Shown: positions 10,826-24,263, numbered from the whole stretch's first letter. The stretch: DNA of 63,994 bases, filler included, from Lenisia limosa (GCA_001655205.1; 12 parts of 12 records of this genome joined end to end with filler, not necessarily neighbours in it), one strand, 5' to 3'. The notes: generated by a model from the letters alone, not told the origin. Numbers and translations are program-made.

Positions 10826-11308
10826 TTTTTTGTTTCATAATTTGTCAATGACCACACCAGGCATGGCCACCGAAGTAGCAGCCTGGCTATGGACAGAAGC
10901 CGTAGACGACACTCCCCTGTTTACGAGATCAAAAGATCATCTTTCGCCAGACCAGATTAAAAATGGCGACCAGTGGGGGATTAAGGACCATGCGTGTTTA
11001 CAAATTATACTTAAATTTACGAATATAAATTGTACTCAATTTACGTAATATACCCAAATGATCCTTGGAAGTCATAAAACAAAGTTCCTCGGGTGGTATT
11101 TTAACACGAAAAGTTCCTGAGGGTTAGGGGGGGTGGCTAGTTGAGGATTTTCCTTCTTTCTTTTTGGAATTTGGTTGTTATCAACCAAAGTGTGTTGTTN
11201 NNNNNNNNNNNNNNNNNNNNNNNNNNNNNNNNNNNNNNNNNNNNNNNNNNNNNNNNNNNNNNNNNNNNNNNNNNNNNNNNNNNNNNNNNNNNNNNNNNNN
11301 NNNNGTAA

Positions 11309-11404
11309 TAGGGCTTCACTTCGGTTTGAAAAAAAACTGATAAATATCGATATTATCGAGGATTTATCGAGAAATGGCCTTTCTTGAACCGAAGTGAAGC
11401 CCTA
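11309..11404. mobile_element. MITE family A (hAT-type) copy
   Basis: Perfect 16-bp TIRs TAGGGCTTCACTTCGG/CCGAAGTGAAGCCCTA; right flank GGTAGTAA matches the visible left flank ..GTAA. Confidence 0.92.
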
Positions 11405-12369
11405 GGTAGTAAATTTAGTACCAAAGTAATTTCAAATTTTGTCAATTGATTTCTTTTTTTAAAGAAAATTGTCCGGAGTAATTCCTCATGATTATTTCAC
11501 ATTTATTTTATAACATATTCCTCTAATCTTTATTTCAGGACCAAAGTGCCGGATAACGTCCATACCTCTCGACGATGGTCCCGACGATATCTTCGGTTCC
11601 TTTACGCTTCCGGTCTTCGAGCCATTCCCCTCTTCTTGTCCACGTTTGTTACGGTTTGGGGGTTACTATTGTTATACCGATTGTTCTGGAACACCTATTT
11701 TGAGGGTCTATTCTCATGATTTGACCCTCTCAACATGGAGGTCCTCACTTCCGGAATGTTTGATTATTGTACATTCTTTATTATAAAGATTAGAAATACT
11801 ATATCCTATTTGTTCATCATATCACTTGTTGGGTTATTTCCACACGTGGGAACTACCATTTTCCACGCAATATGAAACCTATATCCACTCGTATGATAAT
11901 TAACCGACAAGTCTCAATGGTACTCTAATACACTGAACCCTCATTTGACCAGTAAGTCGCTCATTTGATCATATCGCTTGTGATTTTTGACTTTATAGGC
12001 ATATCATGAAGTGGATTACACGGCAAATTCTCTGTCAAGTGTATAAAACAGGTGAGGGGATTTTAATGATAGCTGTTCTCATTTATACAAATATATATAG
12101 TGACGGATTAGTCTTGACCTATTATCTTTGGGAAATCACAAATTGGTCAAAACTAAACAAGCAGAGCGATTTGATTTGGTAAATGATAAGCGTTTTGAAT
12201 ATGAAACATATACAACATATCCCGGTCACTATACATGTACTAAAAATCTGTCCTCTCACTCCCCAGTCATCCCCCCACCCCCGAGAGTATTTGGAGTCTA
12301 TTGTTGTTGTTTCATGTTTTGTAAATTAGGTGTATAATGAAGGTAGTTGTGATTTTTTTCCGTTTTGGG

Positions 12370-14290
12370 GGGCCGAAGCAGGGCTTCAATTTTCTTGAAA
12401 GGGAAGACCTTAGATGGTCCAACAACAGACAGTCTAATGTACTCATTTAAATTGGTCCGACTAAAAAGCCCATTCATCCATAGTTTTCGTTACTACCTCG
12501 TCGATTTGACATGTCGAGTCGGCTGTATCAGATATGCCTTAGATACTAAAGCTGGATACGTCAATAAAAAACTTGTTTGCCCTGGAACGGGATGTAAATA
12601 ATGTGATCAAGAAACGCAACATTCTCAAGGGGGCTTCTGAGACCACTATATATGATATTCGTTTCCCGATTGCTAGTGTGTTTTATTGTTCAAAAAAAAA
12701 AAACAGTGGCAGGATCCAAGCATTTTCCATCTAGTTTCAAAAATATACATTAAATTCACACAATTCTATAATACATCCTGAGGAATCACCAAGCAGGGGC
12801 GTTGTTTCTGTTCTGGGGGGGGGGGGGNNNNNNNNNNNNNNNNNNNNNNNNNNNNNNNNNNNNNNNNNNNNNNNNNNNNNNNNNNNNNNNNNNNNNNNNN
12901 NNNNNNNNNNGGTTAAGAGCAACAAAACAAACAAAGCCCAGGTCAGTCGCTTCTGCAGCACTGCATCAACCGAACGAAAACAAAACAAGAAAGTGATAAA
13001 AAAAAAATCATAGATTACCATATATAATATTCTTACCCAGTACGTACTCGCATCTCCCTCAAACCAATTGCTTCGTTCGTGGTTTTTGTGCTGGACCCCT
13101 CGGTTTCTTGCTATACGATGCCTTCAGTCTTTTCAAGTCCCTTTTGCTGACCATTTCGTCAAAGCCGTCAAGGTTCAAAACGTCCTTAAGAGCCTCCCGT
13201 GTTGCCTCAAGAGAATCGACGTCAGTCACATTTCTGAATCTAAGGACTGATAAAAAGAAACCCTCGAAAAAACTTGGTATTAGAAAATATCCCCAATAAC
13301 TACAGTAACAGGGGGGTTCTGGAATTTGAGTGGGAAGAAATGCCAATTGAATGAAAAGAAAAAAACAATCTTCTTCAATGAAAATCGAATCATACATTGG
13401 GCTGGAAAATAAATTTGGAAAATAACCTTATTCAACCTCTGAAATATATCTGGAGCACTGTATGATAAGTATTGATATATAATATAATATGTAAATCTGC
13501 TGGAAACTAGGAAAGTTTATGGGAAGTCCTTGTTTGAAGATGCTAACATCACAGGGATCAAAAGACAGTCGTGATAAAAAAGAATCGTCATCGGAGATTA
13601 GTTGGGTGTATTAAGGAGGACAAAACTCATAGAGAACCGTCTTACAGTTTGTGGAAGTGGTTTAACTGAGGGTCCCTGAACTGACAATGGCGTAAATAAT
13701 AAACCGGGTGGAAGCTCTGTGCTAGGAGGGAGAAGGGCATGGCAGAGTGGTACGGCTTGACCTCAATGTCAGCTTCCAAATGATTTCCTAAAGAGTTATT
13801 TTTTGAAATGTTTTCTAAAATGGTTGTTTTGCGATTTGGGGTTGTAAATTGATTTAACGGGTTTATGGGAGGGTTGTCAAGAGATGCACCCATCCTCCCC
13901 ACCATTCGTGACCTAATGGATTGTTATGGGTGAATTGGGAGTAGGGCTTCCCTGCGGTTCGAAAAAGACCAAAAATATCGATATTTATCGAGGATCAATT
14001 GAGATATTTGGTCTTTTTTGGGACCATAGGGAAGCCCCAATTCAATTTATTGACTGAAATTGAGATGTAAAAATTTATTTAAGTCTACCCCACCTCCTTT
14101 TTTACCTATTGGAGTGCTTAGGGTGATTTTTTTTTAAAAAATATAACTCCATATCCCAACAGCACTCTGGACCCCCCCAAAATCTCCCCTTGAGTTGATA
14201 CACGTCGCTCGGAGCCCCTGGAGGGCACAGGGTGCCCCAGCAGATAATTCCTATATAAAACCCCTTTTTCGTGAGTTAAGGATCGCCAGG
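12370..14290 (-). CDS. Unidentified multi-exon gene or pseudogene
   Basis: GT-AG exons GNHLEADIEVKPYHSAMPFSLLAQSFHPVYYLRHCQFRDPQLNHFHKL (~13640-13790) and FRNVTDVDSLEATREALKDVLNLDGFDEMVSKRDLKRLKASYSKKPRG (~13066-13240). No family recognised; the 3-prime part looks degenerate. Confidence 0.45.
13942..14040. mobile_element. MITE family A variant (TAGGGCTTCCCTGCGG ends)
   Basis: Inverted ends TAGGGCTTCCCT/AGGGAAGCCCCA and a TATCGATA core. TSD not evident. Related partial copies at ~8648-8732 and 49687-49740. Confidence 0.75.
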
Positions 14291-14469
14291 GATTNNNNNN
14301 NNNNNNNNNNNNNNNNNNNNNNNNNNNNNNNNNNNNNNTTAATTAATTAANNNNNNNNNNNNNNNNNNNNNNNNNNNNNNNNNNNNNNNNNNNNGGGGGG
14401 GGGGGGGATTGGAAGGGAAAAAAACTAATTGTTGATACAATAAAACAAAAGTGAGCATAGGAGTTAAGA

Positions 14470-17400
14470 TGCATCGGGGCTTACAGAGGCCAGCATTGAG
14501 GACTTCGACCTTCAGTTTAAGATCTGAGCACGAGGAAACAAACTAAAGCGTCAAGAAGAAGAAGAAAAAGAAGACACCTACCACAGGTGCGACGATATTG
14601 AGATCCACAGGGCTGGAAGAAAGCGGGGGATCAACAGACACCGAAACTAGCAGGTTAAAACACATGCTAATAGCCAGTATCATGATTTACCAACAAACCT
14701 TGGGAGACGGCGGCAGAGTAGGCGGAACTGTCTTTGATGACGTCACCGGCCAGCTCAAGAGAGGTGGAGGATACGGTCAGAGAGGTACCGCTTCCAATGC
14801 GTACCTACAGAGTCATTTTTGGATTCTATGTAACTGCGGTTCAAGACGAGTCAAAACCCACATTGAGGATTTTCTTCGTGATCCAGGAACAGCCAGGCAT
14901 AACACCAAGTGTGTCTAAACTCAATTAGGTCACGATTTTGGCGGAACGAAGAAACAGAAGCGAGCAAGGTAAGAGCATAAACAGAAAGAGAAAGAATCCA
15001 GTCCCGTTAATAGACAACAAAGCCGACCAAGTGTGGCAGCAGTGAAGAGCAAGCTGCAGTCTGCACTAAGAGGGGTGTTGGTGCCCACATCAAACACAAT
15101 CTGGAGTGTCAGTTGTGGAATCACAGAATTAAAAAGTGAGGTGAATCCGTTTTTTGTGTGGTCTCCATTTTACAAGTCATTCGGTGCTTACTTTGATGGT
15201 GGTGAGACGGTCACCCCAAACAGCAGTCGAAACAGTGGGGGCATTGGGGCTGGCAATGTTATGAGTCACGTTGTAGACATGGACACCGGGTGATGTAGGT
15301 TGTTCGTGGACCATGAGCTGGGGGGGGGGGATGAATGCAGCAAGCAAACGACAACAATAATGTAGGCAGCAAGCAAACGACAACAATACTGTAGGCAGCA
15401 AGCAAACGACAATAATAATAATATCATCAATCAATTATTATCGAAATACCAATGGCTGGGTAACACGCACCTCGATCCTCCAGGCGCCCGGAACGTTGGC
15501 CATGAAGAACATTCGGTGAGGCGACTGGGTGATGGTACCGACCTAAGGGGTCAGCAATGGAGAGGCTTGACATCATGATCGACATGAGAGCCTTTGGAAT
15601 TGTGAAGTTGGGGTATCAAAGCACATTGTGTTACACGCATTTCCCGAAAAGGAATACCCTCCAACAGCCGTTTTGCCGATAGTCGACAGGGTAGACTTGG
15701 GCATGTTTTCCGCCAGAACCACTGCTTCAGCTACACAATGAGGAAACACAAACAAAGGGACTTGACTGGGAGAACCCCTTACCAATGCCCGGCCCGTAGG
15801 CCACGCCGCTGAAGACCTTCCTGTTGGCCCCGACCACTTCACCTTCCACATCGGTCGCTGTCAGCGCCCACGAGTTAAACTCCTGGGGTGTTAATACCGA
15901 TACCGTGAACGAAATTATTGACAGTGGCAGCAGCGAATACCAAAACGTACCCCAGTGAGTGGAGAGAAGGTGGAGGGGACGGAGAGCCCAACAGAGGCTG
16001 TGTTGATTGCTGCTTCTGGCACCTGCCGATGTCAGGGACACGTACATGCAGTGGCAATGGGTATTCATAAAACCCGCAATGGTCCAATGGTGACGTCAAC
16101 AACTTCCCTCACATTAACATCAAAAGCGGCAAAGAGCTTGTTCTGCACGTAGACAAAGACAGAACCCGGGCGACTGGCTGTGAAGGTACCAATCATGACA
16201 AGGTCAACAGGGTCGAGGGCGAACTAAGGGGGTGGGGGTGAGAAACAAAACCTATCAATAGCACGGAACATCTAAGAGTCACGAATAGGGATGGAGGGGT
16301 AAAGGGAAGGAAGACAAGAAAATGATCTGAGCTGATAATAAAAAGCAAATGATAAGACCGCCCACGGTCATGGTAGTGCCTTTGGAGGTAATGGTGACGT
16401 TCTGATTGGCCAGCGGCTTGGCCTCAGGAAGCCTGTTCATCAGGTGCACCGTCACCTGAAAGTAAGTACGAAGTAGTCAAAAAGCGAAAATCAATGGTTT
16501 ACAACGATTAGATCTGCACCTATTCCACTCACCAATACGACTGCATTTCTGTTGGCCTCCAGGACAGCACGGGAGTCGGTGGTCAGAGGCTTCACACCCT
16601 GGGGGTTGAGCGCTGTTACGAGCATGGCATTAACGTGGTGGATTGGAGCTTCAGACAGGGCACAACATGTAATAAAAAAACAGCATCAGAGCCGAGTACC
16701 CACCTTGGAGTAGTGCGTGGTTTGGATTCCGTCATTGACGGTCACATATGATTCACTGAGAGAGAGCTGCAGGGGGGGGGGGGTTATACGCTGAACAAGA
16801 CAGGTGCTGTTCTGGAACTTTAAAATGCCGAATAACATTGCGCAAACTTGGCAAGCGTCTGCGCGATTGCTGACATCGGCATCGGAGGGGCAAAGGTCAC
16901 AGGTGTCAGCAAGACCGTCGCCATCCTGGTCATAGCCTGTGGAATGTGAGTGAGGGTGTTCAGTGTTAAATGACCTAAGAAGATGGAGAATCATGAACCC
17001 CAATGCAAAAAAAAAAAGCCTGGATAACACTCAGAGAAGCCTACCAGCAGGAGGGTTGGTGCACGGTACAACAATTTGTCCGTCGGCCACACAGGTGAGA
17101 TCAGGCTCGGCCGTAGCGCAGGTCCTGACACCAGTAAGACAACAGCACTGGGCAACACAGCCCCCCCACTGAATGTACGTCACAGCCCCCCACTGAATGT
17201 ACGTCACAGCGAAGCCGTCGCCATTGACACAGCCCTCGAAGGGGCACCATGAGCAGAAGGAATGTGAACTGCATTGGCTGCAAGTAACGGCTTGACTGCA
17301 GTTTGTTGTTCCCCAGACAGGCTAAGGATATTACATGATTCAAGGGAATACTAGAAGGGAATATCTGAAAATCAAAGGGAGATATCTTATCTATTCCCCG

Positions 17401-19984
17401 ATTTGCATGACGTCACCCACATCGAAGAGCTTGGAAGCCATAACAGTTGATAGACCGGCCTTGGCCACCATCACGCTTGATAGGTCTGGGACATTAGGCG
17501 ATTATTTTCCAAAGACCCTGCATTGAGGCAGAGGAAAGTCCGGTCTGGTTGATGAAAGCAGCAAGCACCCCACCAATCTCATCGGAGGTCCTGACAAGGA
17601 TGTAGCCAGGAGCGCCACTACCCGCAGTGCCGTACGCATTACCGCCCGATACGTTGATCTTGGCACCTGTTTGATCAGTTGTGACTGTGAACGGATCAAT
17701 CATGCCCAACCCACCGCTAGAAATTGTAACGGTGTTTGCTACGATTGAGACAGAACCGCCCGAGCCAGCTCCAGTTGGACACGGGCTGGACGAGGGGGCT
17801 GGAGGGTTATCATGACTGGAGGGGGGGGGGGCAACACTCTTCCGCCCAAATGAGAAGCTTATAAGTGCAGCAAACAAGGAAGAATAACGATATCGGACTG
17901 AGACCATCATAACCCCCACTTATGATGATCTCACTTATTTGTTCCATCGCCTCCAATGACCACAAGAGACGCAGCAACCCACCTCCATCGCCTCCAATGG
18001 CCACAAGAGACGCAGCAAGTTTGAGTTCCGCAGCCGCAAACACTCGGATCTGGATCGTGATCAACTCTCATAATATCTCGCAAACAGCTTCATTATTACT
18101 CAATTGGCCTACCGCTCCACCTCCGACACCTCCCAAGTTAGTGGGTCCACTCTGGCCTGCTGATCCTGGGTGGGATTAATGGCGAAGATTAGCACGAATA
18201 TGTCATTTACTTGCTGAAATGGAAAATAACAGGTTCTGTCTGAGTCAACATCACCGTGTGTTGAAACGGTGCGAATAATCGGCCAACCCACACACCGACG
18301 TAGCTCTCAAAGAGGTCACGTTCCATGGCCTGGGCAATGGTCATGTTGTTGTTGTTGTTTCCGAAGTAGCTCGCTGCTGCGTTCTACACGGTCAGGTACT
18401 ACCAATAAATGGCTACGCTGACAATATGTTTCAATGGATAAGAGAGCTCTGCCGAGGACCCCCCCCCCCCCNNNNNNNNNNNNNNNNNNNNNNNNNNNNN
18501 NNNNNNNNNNNNNNNNNNNNNNNNNNNNNNNNNNNNNNNNNNNNNNNNNNNNNNNNNNNNNNNNNNNTCAACGTAGAGGGGAGTGGGTGCTCCAGGCCCT
18601 CCGATCTGGGGGGTCAGATGTGTGAATGCGAGAAATAAGCCCGTAAGTGCTTTGTCCCAAGCTTGTCAGATAAGCCAATAAGTGCCATGTCGCAAGTCAG
18701 ACGGTTCAGAATAGCTGCACACTGACCCACAGAGCTGTAGTAATATCTAATTTAGAGAGAATGGACAGCCCCCCCAAACCGGAAAAATCATGTTCTCTGT
18801 CTCAGAACCCGGGTACATAGGGAGAAACCCTGGGCAGTTATAACGAATAGATGAAACAAAAGTGATTGAAAAAGATTCACCACACCCCCCGGCGCGCCAT
18901 ATCAGATACTGAGAGACATGGGAATAGTACAATACCAACGCACCGTATGAGGCCTTCACCTCGGTGTTGACTGTGACGGTGCGGCCCATTAGGAATGCCA
19001 TTCGGACCTGAAGCGATGATATCAAAACAGCTCAACAATGAAAATGCTTGAAATAACCTGAAATAACGCAAAAAGTAGAATCAAATCCTCTCAATAAGTA
19101 CCCACCATGATTTTGGCAGAAGCACCAAGGAAGAGGTTCTGTTGAGCCTGTACTGTGATTCCAATTGCAATGAAAACGATCTAGGATTTTGTAACGCCAC
19201 GTAGCTCACCATTGCGAAGAGGTAGGCCGAGTTCTGGACCTCGCCAAAGTAGGAAACGTTTTCAGCCGCAATGAGGGTCCCGGAGTGCATCACTGTAGAG
19301 CCAACCTTGAAGACTACCTGCAGGGTTGGAATTGTGAACAGTAATAATATCCCCCGCCTTTTACTGCTTTTAAGTGCCGACCTTTCCGGTTGCTTTGAGC
19401 ATGAAGAAAGGAACGTCAATATCTCCCGGTCCTAAATCAGGGTGACGAAGAAAACTAAAAGATAAAACAGGCTATTCAACGGCCTAGATAAAATGGGGCC
19501 GCCACTATTTGAATCGAAATGCTAGCCTATAGAGTGATTCGAACCGCTGTTGTCATCAGACGAGCTGGAGCTGGAATCTGTGGAGCTTGAGGAGTCACTG
19601 GAGCTTCCAAATGGATACGACGTGCTGCATGTCCAGGTGATGTTGGAGGCGGGGTGACAGGTGTCTGGGGGGTAAGGGCCCACAGAATAAGAACGTATGA
19701 AGAAAAAGTACTCTCAAAATCAGATCGCGTGGAGGATGCGTCTAATCAATGGTTGTATCTGGTTTAGTATGGATGGGAAATACTATTGAAGGTTTTATCT
19801 GGTGTGGGGTACCCACAGTGTTCCACAAAGCTATAGTACTCATAGGACGGCTCATGGTAGGTGGTGGTCGAAGAGGGATATTGGGTCCTAAACAGTCAAA
19901 AACCTGGAGCAACATTGGTCAAGAGTGTTGCAGATACAGCAGGTGTCTTACGAGAATATAGAGAAATCGGGCACGTCATTCGCG
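14470..19984 (-). CDS. Large multidomain extracellular/surface protein (Gly-rich beta-strand region, PSI domain, TSP3-like Ca-binding motif, Ig-like repeats), ~25 exons, partial
   Basis: Exons include VVFKVGSTVMHSGTLIAAENVSYFG, GSAGQSGPTNLGGVGGGA, CPTGAGSGGSVSIVANTVTI, TNCSQAVTCSQCSSHSFCSWCPSRGC (PSI-type Cys spacing), YDQDGDGLADTCDLCPSD (TSP type-3-like) and FALDPVDLVMIGTFTASRPGSVFVYV. GT-AG phases were consistent where checked. Confidence 0.7.
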
Positions 19985-20089
19985 NNNNNNNNNNNNNNNN
20001 NNNNNNNNNNNNNNNNNNNNNNNNNNNNTTAATTAATTAANNNNNNNNNNNNNNNNNNNNNNNNNNNNNNNNNNNNNNNNNNNNCCCTA

Positions 20090-22739
20090 CGTGGCGCAAT
20101 GCATGAGTCCATTAATGGCTTTCAGGTCACTTCCTGCATTTTGTGAAATCCAGAAATACTAACATAATTGTGTTTAGTTATTATGACCAGATAATTTGAT
20201 ATCGATTGTCATATAACGAAGGTTTGTGTATGTTTCCCCTTCATTTACTGGTTCAACTTGAGCTGAAATATATCTATGATAGTATTTAAAATTGATCAAA
20301 TCAAAATACAAGCGGCCTTTATTGTAACCCTATTTATTAATTTGTTTCCTCAATAATAATTATGATATTGTCGTTTTCCAAAACAAAAGGTTAAACAACT
20401 GGTACCAGGTCTTAATTCTGTTCACAAAAGACAATTTCTCGATAAATCCACGAAAACTATCGATATGGGAACGGTCTCTTTTAAACAGAAGTAAAGCCCT
20501 TCGCATTATATGGATTATATTACCACAGTATTCCATTCTAAAAAGCAGTACCGTCATCAACCTTCAGTGTATTCTTGGTACATGTGAAAAATGGGCGACG
20601 TCCGTATTCGGCTTCAAAAATGTCGAGCATATCACCAGCTGGAGAAATAAGACAAAAAAAAGTAAGAAGTTGTAGAGCTTCATCGATATGTTCCGGGTGT
20701 TTTTCAGAATTAACAAACTGTCGCATACCCCAACTAATTTGAATGTGAATATACTTGACTAATTTCGGGAATTTCTTGAAAATACAGTCTACCTCTTTCA
20801 GAACCAGCCAGCCTATCATACCTCTGTATCCCTTATGAACAGTCGGGACAATGTTCTTCTTGGCCAATTCAATGATATCAATAGGGTCGTTGCGTTTGGC
20901 CCAGGCCAGACCGGTTGCAAAGTAGTTGTATTTAGAATGCAAATAGTCCATTGAACAGCTGCCATGTCGTTGCCACTCGTGAGTCAAGGTCTATAATTAT
21001 CACATCTTATAGCTCCGGACAGCATTCAAAATTCATCAGACACATCAAAACTCCCGGACAGCTTGAAGTTGACCCTTATATGGGTCAACCGTAGTATTTA
21101 ATACAAAACTGGTTCGACAAAAGTCCCCTTTTTAAAAATTTTGAGCAAGTGTCAAAAATCCGTGAATTTGGTCTCCCGGGGGTGGCCCCTTTTGCCTTTT
21201 CACGGGATTTTTTTCTAAATCTATCCCTCTTTTAGTGTTAAGAAACAAAAAATTGTACCCCTCGGAGTAATTGGTTCTGGGTTCCCCTTTGCTTTGGCTA
21301 TATAATGGTGAATTTTGAGAGAAAAATGTTCAAAATAGTGCTTCCTACAAGGTCAAACTTTCCCGGATAGTTGCCATTTATTCCTTGAATGTGGCCGATT
21401 ATTACGATTTTGGTTGTTTGTGGCAGTTTAAGGGCCGCAAACGGGTAGCCATGTGACTTAATTTGGGTTTGAGCCAAGAATATGCATTCTATCCTGTGAT
21501 TATGACTGAAAGTACTTTCGAAAATAATGAAGTTTATAGTACTCTTATTGGGTAAATTCGGGAGATTTTGAATGATGTCCGGAGCTTTGACTACATATCA
21601 TATATAGTATATTTAGAAATATTAGATCAGCCTTAATATCTAATATAACATACACATTTTAAAAGCATTTTTGACTCTTCAAATTTGTTTACATCCAAGT
21701 CCAAAGCCATCCCCACGTTCAGTTCGGGATAGAGGAAGAACCTCCAATAGATCAATAGATCATCCCAAAGGTCCGCCACGTCATCTTTCGTCACTTCAGA
21801 TTTATCACAGTACTGTGGCCTAATGTGGAATAAATGTTGTACTATCAGGCACTAGCCCCAAGTAGCCTAATTGTACTCAAAAAATAGAATAACGAATTAT
21901 GGATAGCAATGAGAAATAAAAGAAATAAAAACAAGCGAAGATGTCCAGACCATGTAAGAAGTTAACATAATTGTACTCTAAAATAGATACTACGATTTAT
22001 GGTAAGAATATTCAACCTCCCAATTAGGGCTTCACTTCGGTTCAAAAAAAGAATGAATTTCATGATAAATCCTCGAAAACTATCGATATTTTACCGGTCT
22101 TTTTCGAACCGGAGTGAATGCCTTCTTCCAATCCCCACCATGACCCATTGTTGAAGTTTGGCCAGAGTCCATGTAAGGAGAAGTTACCATATGGGGCAGG
22201 GACTGGGCCTCCTGCGTACGCCCTTGGCCACTAGGGGGAGGGATGAGAAATTTTTTAAAAAATGCGCTGTTGGCTTAAAACGTTAATCTTATGAAATAAA
22301 ATGAAATAAAATCAATTCCAAAATGGGAAATTTATGAAACTATGACTTTCACTCGATACATCCTCAATGGTTTCCTATATTCTGGTCACACGTAGAGGTG
22401 AGAAATCAAAATAAATAGTAGCATCTCGCCAAATCCGTCCAAACCATCAGATATAAAGATATACAGGATTATAGTATAATATAAATTCACCCAATCATTT
22501 GTCTTACAACTCTGCGCACACAGCTTTTGGTGGGTATTGTATGATGCCAGATACAAGTAGAAGAAAAAATCTGATTGACACCGAAGCTATTTTTCCTACT
22601 TGTCAGTATATTACTCCTCCTCCAGCCATAAGAGACCCTTTCTTACCTGTTTTGCCATGATCATCAGGTCATAGTCAGCAAGAGCGTTGATGCTGACAAA
22701 GAGAGCAGCAAGGGTTACCAGAAAAAATACACATTTCAT
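20090..22739 (-). CDS. RNASET2: Secreted/lysosomal ribonuclease T2
   Basis: Signal-peptide exon MKCVFFLVTLAALFVSINALADYDLMIMAKQ (22647-22739), CAS I FSLHGLWPNFNNGSWPQYC, DLWDDLLIYW, CAS II HEWQRHGSC. Confidence 0.93.
22025..22124. mobile_element. MITE family A copy in RNase T2 intron
   Basis: TIRs; TSD CTCCCAAT/CTTCCAAT (1 mismatch). Confidence 0.88.
22420..22525. repeat. Dispersed repeat family D copy
   Basis: Shares ACTATAATCC..GATGGTTTGGACGG..TTCGGCCAGATACAACC and AATCATTTGTCTTACAACT blocks with ~23250, 24345, 28605, 49760, 58560 and 60250. Confidence 0.7.
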
Positions 22740-23249
22740 GGTTGAATGATGTGTGTGAGTCAAATTGTCTAATGGTTGATAGCTTACGATGTAAAAATTA
22801 AATAGCTAATAAATAGGGTAAAGAATGACGAAACATGAATTGAAATAGGAAGAGCATTACGACCAGCCAAAGTGGAGTGATCTGCATGATCATATCCTTA
22901 CTTTTGTGTCCTTTCTCTGCTTTCTCACCTTTTTGCCCTTTTTAACCTCTCTTATCAAGATATAGTAGTGGCGATAGAAAATAGAGAGACACTTTCCCGA
23001 AAACCATTCCACTGTTCAGTTGAAAACCTACCGCTTGCACCACCTTCCTGGGTCTCTTATTCGCAGGATCATAAGTCACATTGCCATGCTGGTCTCTTCA
23101 AAAGGCCAGCAAAGCCGCTAACGGCAAATAATAAAGGTATTGGGAGGTCTGTTGTGGCCTTGTTTGATCCTCTCAAGTGGCTTTGTCAACTTTTACGATT
23201 GTTTTTTTTTTTGCTCTTTATGTTTATTTAATGTAGAGATGAGAAATAA

Positions 23250-23350
23250 AAACGAGGTTGTATCTTGTCGAAGCCGTTTACATCATCATACAAGAGATAC
23301 TTTATTGGAGTGTAGTATAAATTAACCAATCATTTGTCTTACAACTTTTT
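23250..23350. repeat. Dispersed repeat family D copy just upstream of the folliculin ATG
   Basis: GAGGTTGTATCTTGTCGAAGCCG...TATAAATTAACCAATCATTTGTCTTACAACT closely matches 22420-22525. Confidence 0.7.
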
Positions 23351-23401
23351 CCATGCAGTTTTATACACTTTGCTACATAAAGCTCAAAAATGAATGTTTA
23401 G

Positions 23402-24263
23402 ATGGCCGTAGTATTGGCGTCCTTCTGTGAAGTTCACGGACCAACAAACATCTTTTCTACCGTGCTTTTTCCTCGAGGTTTGTTGGGACGCTGCAGTGTC
23501 ACGACTTGGTGATATATGTTGGTTTTTGAGGAATCATTTACCAAATTTGAAATTAAAGGGTAAATCAGACTTTTAGTTACAATATGCCGCCTGCAGAAAG
23601 TATGCTTTCATGTGAAATATCGATAGTTTTCGGTAGTTTATCGTGAAAGTAACATCAGACCACCTTGTGCCATAACCTCCATCGTTTGCTGATTTAAAAT
23701 TTCCACAATTTTTTAATACGAGCTTACACTCTCAATGATTATTAGAAATATTAGTTGACCATCTTTATCAAATATTATGATAATTATATATGATAGTATA
23801 TACATGTATAATTATATATATTCATCCATATGTCCCCCACTTTGCTTATTTTAATTACATTTCCAATCATCATCATCCCCCNNNNNNNNNNNNNNNNNNN
23901 NNNNNNNNNNNNNNNNNNNNNNNNNNNNNNNNNNNNNNNNNNNNNNNNNNNNNNNNNNNNNNNNNNNNNNNNNNNNNNNNNNNNNNNNNNNNNNNNNNNN
24001 NNNNNNNNNNNNNNATAGTTTATTATTATTTCACCATCTCTATCAACATGTATATTCCCAGACCAGAGCACATTCATTCTCTCATTTGTATAGACACCCA
24101 GAGTCCAGAATCTGTATACCCGTCACCGACATCCACAAGTGACCGATGCCGAGGCTGCGAGGGTTCTCCAATTTCGGAAATATTTGTGACCCGAGCGCCG
24201 GTACCGCGAAATGTCCAGGCTCAGTCTCTTGGCGTCACGGCAGTGCAAGATGGAAATGACGAG
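23402..24263 (+). CDS. FLCN: Folliculin, N-terminal exons (partial)
   Basis: MAVVLASFCEVHGPTNIFST matches the folliculin N-terminus (ALCHFCELHGPRTLFCT); the next exon carries SDRCRGC (human SDMCEGC zinc motif). Confidence 0.85.

Noticed and set aside
11596-11625. FLYASGLR resembling tyrosine recombinase box I
   Set aside because: Isolated short match followed by AIP rather than xSE, with no HxxR or Tyr motif nearby.
12770-12810. LLGDSSG resembling the Harbinger transposase LLGDSGY motif
   Set aside because: No other DDE_Tnp_4 motifs were found in the surrounding exons.
19181-19209. A 29-nt intron in the surface-protein gene
   Set aside because: An in-frame acceptor 33 nt downstream gives a 62-nt intron equally well; ambiguous without transcripts.
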